The notes under the pieces were generated by a model. That model saw only the letters and a program-made list of their open reading frames with translations, was not told the origin of the DNA and did not search any database. A program made the position numbers and the translations under genes. A stretch of DNA of 64,000 nucleotides from a virus: UHGV virus genome UHGV-0038016, one strand, 5' to 3'. Position 1 is the first letter of the stretch; each line of letters begins with the position of its first letter. Positions 47,652-58,648 of this stretch are shown piece after piece.

Positions 47652-48500
47652 TTATTCCATCTCCTTTATATCTTCGATAATGTCGCAGCTAAACGTTGCA
47701 CGTTTATTAACATCATCTGTTTCAATTATTATGCTTTTTGTACCACCAGCATGCATTGCATTCCATATTAAATCTGGCGATCCATCAGCATTTGTTTTAG
47801 TCCATCTAAACTGATTTGCGTCTAATAAATCAGTAATATTTTCATTTCCTTTAAAAACGATTGCATGAATAATAGTTGAAATTACCCCATTTTTAAAAAT
47901 TAAACCGTTTGATGATATAAGTTCTACATTGTATGGACTCTCTCCATCTTCTCCAGGAGTACCTTGTTTTACTTTTGCAATCTTAGCTACTTTTGTCAAA
48001 GTAGTTGTTTTATACTTAGCAATAAAAGTTATTTCTCCTGAGTCTACAGTCATTCCTGACACTTTATAAGTGTCCTTTGAAGAACTTAAACTCCCTTGAA
48101 TTCCTGCAGTTACTTCAACAGAAATATCCCATTCTGATGTATTTTCTCTTGTTCCTTCAAACAAAATAATTGACGTACTAGCATTAGAGAAATTACCATT
48201 ATTCCCATCTGCATCTGTATTAACAGCAATAAATTCATCAGTTAAGAGACCACTATAAGAATTTTGTCCATCTGAACCATCTTCACCCTTAATTTTAGTC
48301 CAGATATATTCACTTGGGTTCTCGGAAGGTTTATTTTTTGTGCTTGTATAAACCCCCATATATTTTGTATCTTCTGTTGGTCTTTCTGTCATAGGATTTC
48401 CATCTGGGTTTGCTGAAAATCTCCAGAATATATATTGACTTTGTCCGTCAATTACTTTTGAAATACCAGCAGAAGCTGTACCTACTTGAGTTAATGACAT
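47652..48500 (-). CDS. Tail-tip protein (282 aa) carrying the same aromatic-DG repeat motif
   Basis: YIFWRFSANPDGNPMT...YIWTKIKGEDGSDG matches motifs in the 2297-aa protein. Also carries QFRWTKTNADGSP, a sandwich-type repeat shared with the 661-aa protein. Confidence 0.5.
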   Translation of the reverse strand: MSLTQVGTASAGISKVIDGQSQYIFWRFSANPDGNPMTERPTEDTKYMGVYTSTKNKPSENPSEYIWTKIKGEDGSDGQNSYSGLLTDEFIAVNTDADGNNGNFSNASTSIILFEGTRENTSEWDISVEVTAGIQGSLSSSKDTYKVSGMTVDSGEITFIAKYKTTTLTKVAKIAKVKQGTPGEDGESPYNVELISSNGLIFKNGVISTIIHAIVFKGNENITDLLDANQFRWTKTNADGSPDLIWNAMHAGGTKSIIIETDDVNKRATFSCDIIEDIKEME

Positions 48501-48529
48501 CTTGTTCCCTCCTTTATCTCTATATTTAT

Positions 48530-50515
48530 CTACTCATTACGATATATTTTACATGTTACATAAACATTATCGTTTTCAGGGATATCTCCCCATTCTAATA
48601 TAATAGATTCTCCATATTTGGGCCATACTGTACTTGTAGTAAAAGGTTCCATTGGACCAATCATTCTAGAACTATTATCTATCAATTCTAAATTCCACAC
48701 AAAAGTGTAATTAGAAGTATCAGTTATTTTCATTTGTCCTAAATAAGCTTCTATTTGTAATGAAGTTGGTTCACCATTTTTTAATTGCGTATTGCCCAAG
48801 ATAACTCCTGTAATTGGGTCAGTAGAATCAATTAAAGTAGTTGTTGCAGCTCCCTTAAATTCTTCAAAGTAAGCTACCACCTTGATAGAAATACTCCCGT
48901 TAAAGCCATTTCCAGAAATAGATAGAATATTTGTATCATATCCATTTAAAGCTCCATTCAAATTATTTGTCTCGCTAATTAGAGACCAGCCTACTCCACC
49001 ATCTTTATCATAATAAGGACTAGAAGAATTAACTGATTCATCTGCATAAAACCATTTTCTATTACTTAATAAAGAAAGAACATCCTTATCAGCAAAATAT
49101 GCTTGTAATGATACCAAGAGAAGAGATTGTTGTTTATTTTTAATAGTTGTGCCGTATGGATGAAGAACATTAACTAAAAGAGCATTCTTTCCATCTTCCC
49201 CATCTTCTCCATTAGATACATAAGAGAAGTCTAAAGACAAAGAATCCTCAAGGGTTAATCTATATTCTTCACTATAATAAGATACTTTACAATCAATCAT
49301 CATTGTGGGGTTTTCTGAGTCCATTAAATTTCTTTTGATAAACAAAGCGTTGTTTTGAATTTCAAACCTACCATCATTAGTAATTAATTCTCCATTATAA
49401 TACCATTTATGTGTTACTAAAGAAGTAATATCATCTGCTCCTTTTAGAGTCTTGGCTTGAATGACTTGATTTTGTATAGTATAATCTGGTATAATATTTT
49501 TAGTGGTTGGGTCAAACGTTTGAGTTCTACTTAACTTAGGAGTTAAACTTAATTTAATATTTTCTATATCATTTAAATCAACTATAGTTATTGTATCTTG
49601 TGCTACCATTGCTTCTTCTACATATAATTGTACCACAAATACTTGTTTAATGTCAACATCCTCTGATGTAATAGGAATACTTTTACCAGTCTTAGACCAA
49701 TTAGGTAAAATAGAACCATCATCTTTCATTTTATACCATCTAATATTTTCTGGTTCGAATGATGAAGTTATAGTTTTTTTACCTCTCATAGCAATTACTT
49801 GCAAAATAGTATTGATTACACCATTTTTAAAACTCTCACCATTTGTTGAAACAATATCAGCCTTATAAGTAATTTCATTTCTTAATGCCTCTTGGATTAA
49901 AACTCTTACTGAGGTATCTTCAGTTAAATAATTAGATAAAACTTGTCTTACTGTATTTCCATCAACCTCTGTGGTAGTTTCCATATTTTCTAAAATAACA
50001 TTCATTAATGATTCTAAAGTTTTATATTTAGAATTTAAGCCAGTTAAATCAATTTCTGGATAAGGCGCAGAATTATTTAAAATCTCCTGATAAGACTTTT
50101 TAATTTGTTCCCATTGGATTTGTAAAGATTGTTTTTCTACTGGGGTAATTTTATTATCTGAAATTAAATCGTTAAAATTGTTAATAATATCCTGAATCAT
50201 ACCAAGAGTAGAATCAGATAGTCCATTTGCATTTGTTGTTATAGTTGGAGTCCTATCATTAGTTTTACCAATAATAAACTTGACCCCATCTAATCTTCCT
50301 TTAGGAAGCATTACATATACAGAATCTCCAGCATTATATCGTCCACCCATAGAACTTGCTAGAATTTCAATATTTTGATAAGAAACTTTATAAGCGTCGC
50401 TTGATTCAACACGTTCAATTACTGTACCAATTACAGTATCTGTAGATGATTGTTTTTCTATTTCGTTTCTTGCAATTAATCGAATCGCATCAAAAAGCTC
50501 TTGGCTTTTATCCAT
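48530..50515 (-). CDS. First gene after the tape measure (661 aa); candidate distal tail (Dit-like, extended) protein
   Basis: Its position immediately downstream of the TMP suggests this. Contains repeated xRW(Y/T)K..DGS beta-repeats. No sequence motif confirms Dit. Confidence 0.45.
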   Translation of the reverse strand: MDKSQELFDAIRLIARNEIEKQSSTDTVIGTVIERVESSDAYKVSYQNIEILASSMGGRYNAGDSVYVMLPKGRLDGVKFIIGKTNDRTPTITTNANGLSDSTLGMIQDIINNFNDLISDNKITPVEKQSLQIQWEQIKKSYQEILNNSAPYPEIDLTGLNSKYKTLESLMNVILENMETTTEVDGNTVRQVLSNYLTEDTSVRVLIQEALRNEITYKADIVSTNGESFKNGVINTILQVIAMRGKKTITSSFEPENIRWYKMKDDGSILPNWSKTGKSIPITSEDVDIKQVFVVQLYVEEAMVAQDTITIVDLNDIENIKLSLTPKLSRTQTFDPTTKNIIPDYTIQNQVIQAKTLKGADDITSLVTHKWYYNGELITNDGRFEIQNNALFIKRNLMDSENPTMMIDCKVSYYSEEYRLTLEDSLSLDFSYVSNGEDGEDGKNALLVNVLHPYGTTIKNKQQSLLLVSLQAYFADKDVLSLLSNRKWFYADESVNSSSPYYDKDGGVGWSLISETNNLNGALNGYDTNILSISGNGFNGSISIKVVAYFEEFKGAATTTLIDSTDPITGVILGNTQLKNGEPTSLQIEAYLGQMKITDTSNYTFVWNLELIDNSSRMIGPMEPFTTSTVWPKYGESIILEWGDIPENDNVYVTCKIYRNE

Positions 50516-50563
50516 ATCATGTCAGCTCCTTTTTCTCTTTTTTCCTATTGAGATTAAAAAGAA

Positions 50564-50589
50564 AGGGCGAAAATAGTCGTATTTCCGCC
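50564..50589 (-). terminator. Hairpin terminator after the tape measure gene (GGGCGaAAATA / TATTTcCGCCC)
   Basis: GC-rich stem with one mismatch. A U-rich tract follows on the minus strand (reverse complement of AAAAAGAAAG). Confidence 0.55.
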
Positions 50590-50604
50590 CCTAGTTTTTA
50601 TATT

Positions 50605-53600
50605 CTATTTCTTTCCAACATAAGTTGATGCTTTGCCTAATAAGCCTTCGAACGCTGCTTCAATTTCACTTCGATCTCTAGCATTAGGGAAGTTTGGTGA
50701 AAGAGTAATGTTTTGTTCAACTGTACTCATTCTGTTACTATTTTGAATATTAGAGATATTAGAACTCATGTTTTGAATACTATTTTTTACAGAAGAACCT
50801 CTGCCCTTAATAGATTCCATTAGTCCTCTTTGCATTTTAACTGATTCTAAAATATTTTTTGTATCTTCTTTGTTAAGAATTAATTCTTTTTCATGTAAAA
50901 TTGCCATTCTACCCTCAGCATTATTAGTTGAATTGCTCCATGTTCCTGTATAACCACCACTGTCTAAAGATGCAGCTTTTTTAGTAGAACCTCCAGAAAC
51001 TTTATAAGAGCCATATCCAGCTAAAGTGCTGATTGCTGAACTGAAGTCAATGATACTATTTCTACCTTCTTTTGCATCACGTTTAACATTTCTAAACGCT
51101 CCAGCAGTATTATTAGTTTTACCAGTGATTCTATCAATATTTGTCATTGCTACTTTTGTAGGTTGGTCACTAAATGCATTAACTCGTTGGTAAGCGAATC
51201 TAGCTTCATTTCCCATTGCATTATATTTTACTGCTGAATTATAAGTTTTTCCACTTAATATATCAGTTTGTTTACCAGTATTTACCATTGAAGGCTGTAA
51301 TTGCTCATTCATAGTACGTTGCAATTGAACCATTGAACCAAACAGTCCTGAATTTCCATTTGAACCAATTAATCTGTTTTGAAGATTTAAAACACTATTT
51401 GATGTTGCATCAGTTTGTCTTTGACTTCTTAGCATTGCCTGAGTTTGTTTGTCAATAGTTGAAATAACTTGTTGAGAAGCTTGATTTGTTTGATTTAACA
51501 AATCATTTAATCTTCCTGTAGAGCTGCTATAGTCATTTAAAACTTTTGTAGCTTGAGACATATACTCAGCATAGGCATTTCCTAAGTTATTTACATTTTG
51601 TTGAGCAGTAGAAGTCCATTTATTACTTGCATCCATCATTGCTTCTGCAATATCCAGGTTATCTCCTAAGATTAATTCTAATAATTTATCCATTGTACCA
51701 CTAAGTTGATCGGCTGTCATACCAATAGAACTTGCAAAATCATCAAAGTCTCCGCTTAACATATCTTGAACTGTTAAAGTACCATCTTTCATTGCTGAGA
51801 AAATACTTGATAACGTATTTTTATCTACTCCTAGTTGATCTGGTGTAATAGTACCATTTGCAACCATACCTTGTAGATTACTTAATCCATCTTTTCCAGC
51901 ATTTTCTAACCATTTATTCATTTCATTAGTTTTATCTTTAATTTCATCTTCTGCTTCATCAAGAAGTTTTTGTAACTCTTTCTTATATTCTGCAGGATCT
52001 AATCCTTTATCTTGTAATTCTTTGATTTTGTCTTGATATTTAGAAATAGTATCAAATACACCTTTAGCAGATTCTCTCACCTTATCAGAATCAAAAGCAT
52101 ATAATTCATCTTTTTGTTTCTGTAAATCTGCGATTTCACTTGATAAATCTTCTGTTTCAGTTCTAACATATTCATAAGTCATGTTACCATTAGCATCACG
52201 AACTAATTGAGCTGTACGTTTTGCATTTTCTCGTTCCTGTAAAGCTAGTTCTTTTTGTTTAATATCATACATTTTCATTGCACGATCATAATCATCTTGA
52301 GAAACTTTATCTTGAGCCAAGAGAGCAGATAATTCTTTATCTCTAAAGTCTGCTAATTCTTTGGCGCGTTTAGGGTCTTGTGTTTTAGCAATTTCATCGT
52401 TAATTTCTTTGATTTTGCTACTGATATTTGTAAATTTTTCAAAGTTGCTGAAATATTTATCTTGTTTTTCAGTAAGTTTATCAAAATCATCAATGACTCC
52501 ATCTAATCCCCAAGTACCAAACATTTTTTGGAATCCATCCTCAACTGATTGAGTAAATAATTCAAAACGCTTTTGAGCTAACTCAAGTTTTTTCAATAAG
52601 GCATCGCTAATTGAATCAGCCATTTCGTTAATAGCATCATTTGCCTCATTCCAAGCATCTGATCCTTGTTTAACAGAATTTCGATATTTAATCATTCTAC
52701 GTTGAGCTTCCTGAAGATTCTTAACTTGACCATTAATCGCCTTCTCTTGGGTATCGAAATAACCAACAATTTTACCATAAGCTTTTGTACCATATAATTC
52801 TTCTGTTTTAGCTGCTAGTTGTCCAGCTTTTTCAAATAAATTATCATATCTATCATTAACCTTATTAATAGCTTCAATTGATTGTTTAACAAAGTCAGCC
52901 TGTACTTCTAATAATTCTTTATAACCACTTCTTGCTTTTGAAACTGCGTCGAGTAAGTTTTTATTATATTCTTGTAATAGATCTTGTCTATCAGAATCTG
53001 TTAAACCACGATCATTTCTAACTTGGTTCATCATAGATTGCCAATAAGAAACATTATCTAAAGCTTGTTTCATTTCTTTGCCGACGATTTGAGCTTTTTC
53101 ATCAAGGTCTGCATAAGAATCTTGCATTTCTTTAACAACATCTAAAACATCAGATTTGAATTCATCTTTGTCAACTCTAAGTTTAACAGTATATTCAATT
53201 CTTTCTCTAGCAATTTCAGAAAGTTGTTTTTTAATTTCATTTAATGTTTTTTGTTTATCTGGAATTAAATTAAATGTAATATCTTGGTAACGTGAAGCTT
53301 CTTCTTGAATCTTTTTAACAGCATCAATTGCGTCTTCTTTAGCGTCTCCGGTTTTAGAATTTGCGGCGTTTTGTAAATCAGTTAATTTTTGATTTAAATT
53401 ATCAATATCGCCATTAGCGCTAAATGTAAATCCTTGAGAAGCAAGTTTATTTCTTAACTCGTCTTGCTCTTTATTTAATTCAGCGGTATATTGTTTTAAT
53501 ACCCCTGCTTTTTGAGCTAATAATTGCTCTTCTTGCTTCATGATATTTAATCTATCATTGCCATAAGCAGCATCTTTAGCATCTGATAATTCAGAATAAC

Positions 53601-56600
53601 GTTTTTCAATTTCACTTAAGATATGATCTAATTTATAATATCTATCTAATTCTAATTCTAAATTATCAACATCTTTTTTACTATCTTTGTCTTCCTTTTC
53701 AATTTTGCCATCTTTTTCAATATCTTTATTTTCTGGGTCTCTAGGAACACCATTCAGACCTTCTAATGACTGTGGTTTATCAAGGTTTAACTTTTTCATC
53801 AAGTCTTCATTTGAGAGACCGTTTTTATTCTTGAATTCTCCTTCAAGAATTTGTTGGATTAAAGAATCTTTTTTCTCTTGTTCTTTTTGAGCTTCTTTAT
53901 TCTTTTTATCTACATAATTTTTAGCAAGATTAGAAGAAGGTAATTTATTCCAAATTGTCTCTGGAGCTCCACCTTCGCCCCAATCATTAACTTTATCAAG
54001 ACCTAATTTTTCTCTTATGCCTTTTGGAAGTTTATCAAAGAGTCCTCCTAATAAATCTCCAATTGCTTTATGAGCCCAATTCATCCAATTCAATAAAGTC
54101 TGTGACATACTTGCAAACAATTGGTTGAATCCATTGGCAACATCATCGTAAGCATTTAAGAAAGATGCTACAAGCTTTTGTGTATAAGTAAGATTTGAAT
54201 TAGACCAAATATCAGATAAAGAGATCATGTTGGTAAAGTGTTTAGCTTCACCAGCTAAAATTTGTTTATTCTTTTCATTATTTGTTTCTACTTCTTGTCC
54301 TGCAATGACTTGTAGATTTTCAAGGCTTAATGACTGTAGGGCAGTTTTATATTCAGCCAATGTTTGGTAATTAGCTGCATCAATGCCATAATCTTCAGCA
54401 ATTTTATTAATTGTCTTAGAATTATTTTGCATCCAAACCCCATAAAATTGCTCATTATTCATGACCATACCAGTTATAGCAGCTTCATGTTCCTCTGACA
54501 AGATATCATATAAATTTGAAGCATTTTGTTTAAAGGCTTCTGTACCTTTCTCAGCAGATTCCCTCATAGATTTTTCTAATTCTGGGAATTTTTGTTTTAA
54601 TACTTCTAATTGGCCGTCGTCCAAACCATTCTTTTGAAGTTGATCCAATGCTTGCATTGCAGCATCTATATCTCCAACGTGACCTAAGTTTTCATTAAAA
54701 CCTTCGACTGTTCTAGATGTTCTAGAATACTCTTCAGAAACATCAGACATAACATTTTGAAGTTTATCATAATCTTCAATTTTATCATTAATATTTTCGA
54801 TTTCTTTTCTATCACCAGTAAAGTCAGCGCCTTCTGCTTTAGAAAAATCAAATCTCATTTTGTTAGCGTCTTCAATCTTTTCTTCAAGATCTGAAGCAAG
54901 TTCTCCAATACGTTTTTGGGCTTTTTTAACATCTTTTTCAGGGACTACTTTATCTACAAAACTTAATGCTCTAGATTGCGCACCATCTGTAATTGGATCT
55001 GCAGCTTCCGCCATTTTTTCTTGTAAAGTTTCAATATTTCCTTGAACATCATATAAGGCTAATTTAGCCCATTCACTAGACTTGGCAATTTTATCTAAGA
55101 ATTCTTGAGCTTTTCCAGGATCTTGTTGAGCTATTTCAGTAAATTTATCTTTAATAAGACCCATATTTTGAACAAGATTTTTCATTCCTTCTTCGTCATC
55201 CTCAGATGCCATTCCTGCCAAGAAATTAGAGTTCATATAATTATCAGAAAAAGTTTCAAATGCTTCTTTTAATTCAGGAGTTTTATCAACTAATTTATTA
55301 AATTCATCGTTTGCTTCATTAAAAGGTACTACAATACTACTTTGAATATTAGCTTTAGTTTCACTGAAAGTTTTTTGCACTTCTGAAATTTTATTTTGAG
55401 CGTTAGTTAAATCTTTTAGAATATCATCTACTTTTTCGCCCTTGCCCTGTTTTTTTGCATTTTCAAGTTCTTTGGTTAATTTAGCAACTTCAACAGAATA
55501 GTCATTCATACTAGATTTAGCATTTTGTAGGTCAGAGACTTGCTGCACAATAAATGAGTTTCTATTTGCAGAAAGCATTTGATAATTATCTGTTCTAGCA
55601 GTTTTTTGTTGTTCCATCAAAGTTTCAAAATCTTTAGATAGATCTATAATTGCTCTACCAGTATCATCGTAACCTTTGACTAACTCTGGATTTGTTTGAG
55701 CAATTTTACCAGCTAAATTATCATAGTCTTCTAGATTTTTATTATACTTTTCAAAAGCTTCTGTGTCACTTGGATCTGGGGCATTATTAATAAATGCTTC
55801 AGCATTAACACCCTCAAAACGTTTATAGGTATCTGCAATATCATTTAGGTTAGAAATATTTCCATTAACTGTTTCTTGAAGAGACATAAAAGTTTTAGTT
55901 AATTGTTCATTAACTTCTTTTGCTTTTTCTCCACGAGATTTGAATAAATCAAATTTATCAACTATTAATGAAAATGCTCCGGCAGCAGCTCCTGCAGCCA
56001 TACCCCACGGATTCATAGATGCCATCAACATTGCAGAAGTAGTTTGTAAACCTGCAATTACACCATCTTGTTTACTAATACTTTTTTCTTGAACAGAATT
56101 ATAAGTAGCTATAATAGGAACTATTGTGCTATAAGCTAAACTCATTCCTCTAACGCCTTTTTGAATTAATTCCGTTCGTTTTGCAATTTGAGCAGTACTT
56201 TGAGCTTTATTTTCTAAAACCGTTCTATCAGCAATAATTTTATTTTGTTCTTTCATTTCATTAGTATATTGTTCTTCTAATACTACTTTTTTAGCTTTAT
56301 TTTCAAGTTCTTTTTGAGCCTTAGAAACATTATCAAGAGCTTCATACTCTTGTGATTTCATACTATCTCTAATTTGATCTTCGATTACTTTAGCCTCTTT
56401 ACGAACTTTCAATAATCCAGAATAGCTATCATATTGTTGGTCTATTCCTTCTCTAACTTTGTCAATATCCGCAGAGAATTTATCTGCCAAAGCTTTATTC
56501 TCATAAAGGGCTCCTCTATAATCATCTTCCCAAATAACAAGTTCTTCTTGTAATTTTTTAATTGAACTTGATGCTCTTTTATCTAATAATGTAACTTTCC

Positions 56601-58626
56601 CTTCTAAAGTAGAAAGTTGGTCAAGAGATACCTGTTCTGCTTTTTGTAAGGCTTCCTTAGCTTTATTAAGTTCATTAATATTACTTAAAATACGGGGGTC
56701 TTTTTCATTTTCTAAACCTTTAGCCGCTCTAGTAACATTTTTTTCATCTACGCCTTTATAATAACCATTTAAAGTAAGGGATTTTGCAGCTTCTTCAGTT
56801 TTAGCTTTTACCTCTTCTGCACTTTTAGGAATATCTTTTAATTTCTCATCAAGTTTAGTAATCTCTTTAGTTACTTCTTCGTAATTCTTAGCAGCTTCTG
56901 GCCCAAGAGTAGACATAATTTGATTTACTTGGGCTGCTGATTTATACTCTTCTTGTAGAGCCGTTAAATTACCCTCTTGAGCAACCTTTAATTTTTCTAA
57001 ACTTGCTGTAATTTCTTTGGCTTGTTTATTTAGTCTATTATTAGAATATAATTCTCCAATTTGGTTAGCGCCAAACATTTGTCCGCCAATACCAACAATA
57101 GGAGCAATTGCTGTAGCTAAACCACCAAGTCCACTTTTTGCGTCACCAATAATTTTTAAGAAATTAGTAGCATCTTCCAAAACACCCTTGAACATATCTG
57201 AGTCAACAACTGTATTTACAGCGCCCTGCCAAGCATTTTGAAGTTGTTCTCCTTTAGCTTTTAAAGAGTCCATATATACTAATTGTTGTTGCGCCGATGT
57301 TCCAGCAGAATCATAAGCTTCCCCAAGTAATTGATTGTATCGCTCTTGGTTGTTCATAAATGCACGGAATGTTTCTGCTTGATACTTACCAGCAACAGCT
57401 TCAGAAACTAAAGATTGTTGTTCTTTATTCATTGTTTGCCAGCGAGCAGCAATATCTTTAAAGATATCTGCAGCATCTCTTAGGTTCCCATTATCAAATA
57501 AAGAAATGTCTTCAATTCCACCAAGTTTAAAGGCTTCTTGAACTTTATTTGTGAAAGCTTCTACTTCCTCTTCACCAGCTTCACGCAATTGAGTAAATGA
57601 AGTAAGCATTGATTTAAACGCATTACCGATTGTTTCTGGTGTACGACGAGTTACTTCAGAAACAGTAGCAATCATTGTTGCTATTTCTTCAAATTCAAAA
57701 CCAACGTCTTTTGCTGTATTAGCAGTACGTGTTAAACCTGTAGCAATCTCAGCTAAGTCGGAACCAGATGCAGCCCCTAATTTAGCCATTACATCAGTAA
57801 TATAAGTACCAGCTTCTCCACCTTTTTCTTTTAATAGTTGGAAACCATTAATTGTAGCTGTAAGATATTCAGACATTTGGTCCGTTGCTACGTTAGAAAT
57901 ATTAGCGGCTGTTACAGTAGCTTCTGCTAATTCTTTTGCGTAATAAGCTGCTTGACCACCTTGTTGTTCAAAGATTAAAGAAGCATCTAAATAATCTTTT
58001 GTAGTGGTTCCTAAGGCATCAGCAGCATCTACAGCGGCATCACGATATCCTTCCATTTCTTTTCTAGTTTTACCAGAAACGATACTAATATCTGTTGAAA
58101 TTTCGTCTAATTGTTTTGTTACATTTAAAGCATCGGTTACTGCGCCTGTCACAGCCCCAATAGCACCAAAGGCAATAGTTTGTCCCATACCTTGTTGTAA
58201 ATTCACTCGTAACTGGTCAATTTGACCTGTTGTTCCTTGAATTTCTTTTGTTGCTAAACGAGCAGCGTTAGAGATAGATTTAAATCCTCCACCATTGTTA
58301 GATGTTTGGTTTAAAGATTTAATTTCTTTTTCTACCTTTGAAACACTAGTTGCAGTTTGTTTAGCTTCATTTTGTACCGCATTTAAATTAGACTGGAAAA
58401 TTCTACCAAAATCTCCACCACTTTGTTCAGCTTCTCTAATTGAGCGCTCCAAGGCTGAAATTTGTAATTTAGCTTGTTCAATTTCTCCATCTTTTAAGTT
58501 AAGTTTAACTCCATCTTTACCAATGGAGTCCATTAAGTTTTTTAGCTCTTTTAGGTCCTGTTTACCAGCATCAAGACCTTCGTAGGTAGTTTTAAACTTT
58601 AAACCAACGTCTACATTATTTGCCAT
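50605..58626 (-). CDS. Tail tape measure protein (2673 aa)
   Basis: Very long Ala/Gln/Glu/Lys-rich, largely alpha-helical/coiled-coil protein. Glycine-rich hydrophobic segments occur near residues ~145-165 and ~860-890. It follows the major tail and chaperone genes. RBS AAAAGGAGAGGAATTAAATG. Confidence 0.85.
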   Translation of the reverse strand: MANNVDVGLKFKTTYEGLDAGKQDLKELKNLMDSIGKDGVKLNLKDGEIEQAKLQISALERSIREAEQSGGDFGRIFQSNLNAVQNEAKQTATSVSKVEKEIKSLNQTSNNGGGFKSISNAARLATKEIQGTTGQIDQLRVNLQQGMGQTIAFGAIGAVTGAVTDALNVTKQLDEISTDISIVSGKTRKEMEGYRDAAVDAADALGTTTKDYLDASLIFEQQGGQAAYYAKELAEATVTAANISNVATDQMSEYLTATINGFQLLKEKGGEAGTYITDVMAKLGAASGSDLAEIATGLTRTANTAKDVGFEFEEIATMIATVSEVTRRTPETIGNAFKSMLTSFTQLREAGEEEVEAFTNKVQEAFKLGGIEDISLFDNGNLRDAADIFKDIAARWQTMNKEQQSLVSEAVAGKYQAETFRAFMNNQERYNQLLGEAYDSAGTSAQQQLVYMDSLKAKGEQLQNAWQGAVNTVVDSDMFKGVLEDATNFLKIIGDAKSGLGGLATAIAPIVGIGGQMFGANQIGELYSNNRLNKQAKEITASLEKLKVAQEGNLTALQEEYKSAAQVNQIMSTLGPEAAKNYEEVTKEITKLDEKLKDIPKSAEEVKAKTEEAAKSLTLNGYYKGVDEKNVTRAAKGLENEKDPRILSNINELNKAKEALQKAEQVSLDQLSTLEGKVTLLDKRASSSIKKLQEELVIWEDDYRGALYENKALADKFSADIDKVREGIDQQYDSYSGLLKVRKEAKVIEDQIRDSMKSQEYEALDNVSKAQKELENKAKKVVLEEQYTNEMKEQNKIIADRTVLENKAQSTAQIAKRTELIQKGVRGMSLAYSTIVPIIATYNSVQEKSISKQDGVIAGLQTTSAMLMASMNPWGMAAGAAAGAFSLIVDKFDLFKSRGEKAKEVNEQLTKTFMSLQETVNGNISNLNDIADTYKRFEGVNAEAFINNAPDPSDTEAFEKYNKNLEDYDNLAGKIAQTNPELVKGYDDTGRAIIDLSKDFETLMEQQKTARTDNYQMLSANRNSFIVQQVSDLQNAKSSMNDYSVEVAKLTKELENAKKQGKGEKVDDILKDLTNAQNKISEVQKTFSETKANIQSSIVVPFNEANDEFNKLVDKTPELKEAFETFSDNYMNSNFLAGMASEDDEEGMKNLVQNMGLIKDKFTEIAQQDPGKAQEFLDKIAKSSEWAKLALYDVQGNIETLQEKMAEAADPITDGAQSRALSFVDKVVPEKDVKKAQKRIGELASDLEEKIEDANKMRFDFSKAEGADFTGDRKEIENINDKIEDYDKLQNVMSDVSEEYSRTSRTVEGFNENLGHVGDIDAAMQALDQLQKNGLDDGQLEVLKQKFPELEKSMRESAEKGTEAFKQNASNLYDILSEEHEAAITGMVMNNEQFYGVWMQNNSKTINKIAEDYGIDAANYQTLAEYKTALQSLSLENLQVIAGQEVETNNEKNKQILAGEAKHFTNMISLSDIWSNSNLTYTQKLVASFLNAYDDVANGFNQLFASMSQTLLNWMNWAHKAIGDLLGGLFDKLPKGIREKLGLDKVNDWGEGGAPETIWNKLPSSNLAKNYVDKKNKEAQKEQEKKDSLIQQILEGEFKNKNGLSNEDLMKKLNLDKPQSLEGLNGVPRDPENKDIEKDGKIEKEDKDSKKDVDNLELELDRYYKLDHILSEIEKRYSELSDAKDAAYGNDRLNIMKQEEQLLAQKAGVLKQYTAELNKEQDELRNKLASQGFTFSANGDIDNLNQKLTDLQNAANSKTGDAKEDAIDAVKKIQEEASRYQDITFNLIPDKQKTLNEIKKQLSEIARERIEYTVKLRVDKDEFKSDVLDVVKEMQDSYADLDEKAQIVGKEMKQALDNVSYWQSMMNQVRNDRGLTDSDRQDLLQEYNKNLLDAVSKARSGYKELLEVQADFVKQSIEAINKVNDRYDNLFEKAGQLAAKTEELYGTKAYGKIVGYFDTQEKAINGQVKNLQEAQRRMIKYRNSVKQGSDAWNEANDAINEMADSISDALLKKLELAQKRFELFTQSVEDGFQKMFGTWGLDGVIDDFDKLTEKQDKYFSNFEKFTNISSKIKEINDEIAKTQDPKRAKELADFRDKELSALLAQDKVSQDDYDRAMKMYDIKQKELALQERENAKRTAQLVRDANGNMTYEYVRTETEDLSSEIADLQKQKDELYAFDSDKVRESAKGVFDTISKYQDKIKELQDKGLDPAEYKKELQKLLDEAEDEIKDKTNEMNKWLENAGKDGLSNLQGMVANGTITPDQLGVDKNTLSSIFSAMKDGTLTVQDMLSGDFDDFASSIGMTADQLSGTMDKLLELILGDNLDIAEAMMDASNKWTSTAQQNVNNLGNAYAEYMSQATKVLNDYSSSTGRLNDLLNQTNQASQQVISTIDKQTQAMLRSQRQTDATSNSVLNLQNRLIGSNGNSGLFGSMVQLQRTMNEQLQPSMVNTGKQTDILSGKTYNSAVKYNAMGNEARFAYQRVNAFSDQPTKVAMTNIDRITGKTNNTAGAFRNVKRDAKEGRNSIIDFSSAISTLAGYGSYKVSGGSTKKAASLDSGGYTGTWSNSTNNAEGRMAILHEKELILNKEDTKNILESVKMQRGLMESIKGRGSSVKNSIQNMSSNISNIQNSNRMSTVEQNITLSPNFPNARDRSEIEAAFEGLLGKASTYVGKK

Positions 58627-58648
58627 TTAATTCCTCTCCTTTTGCTCT

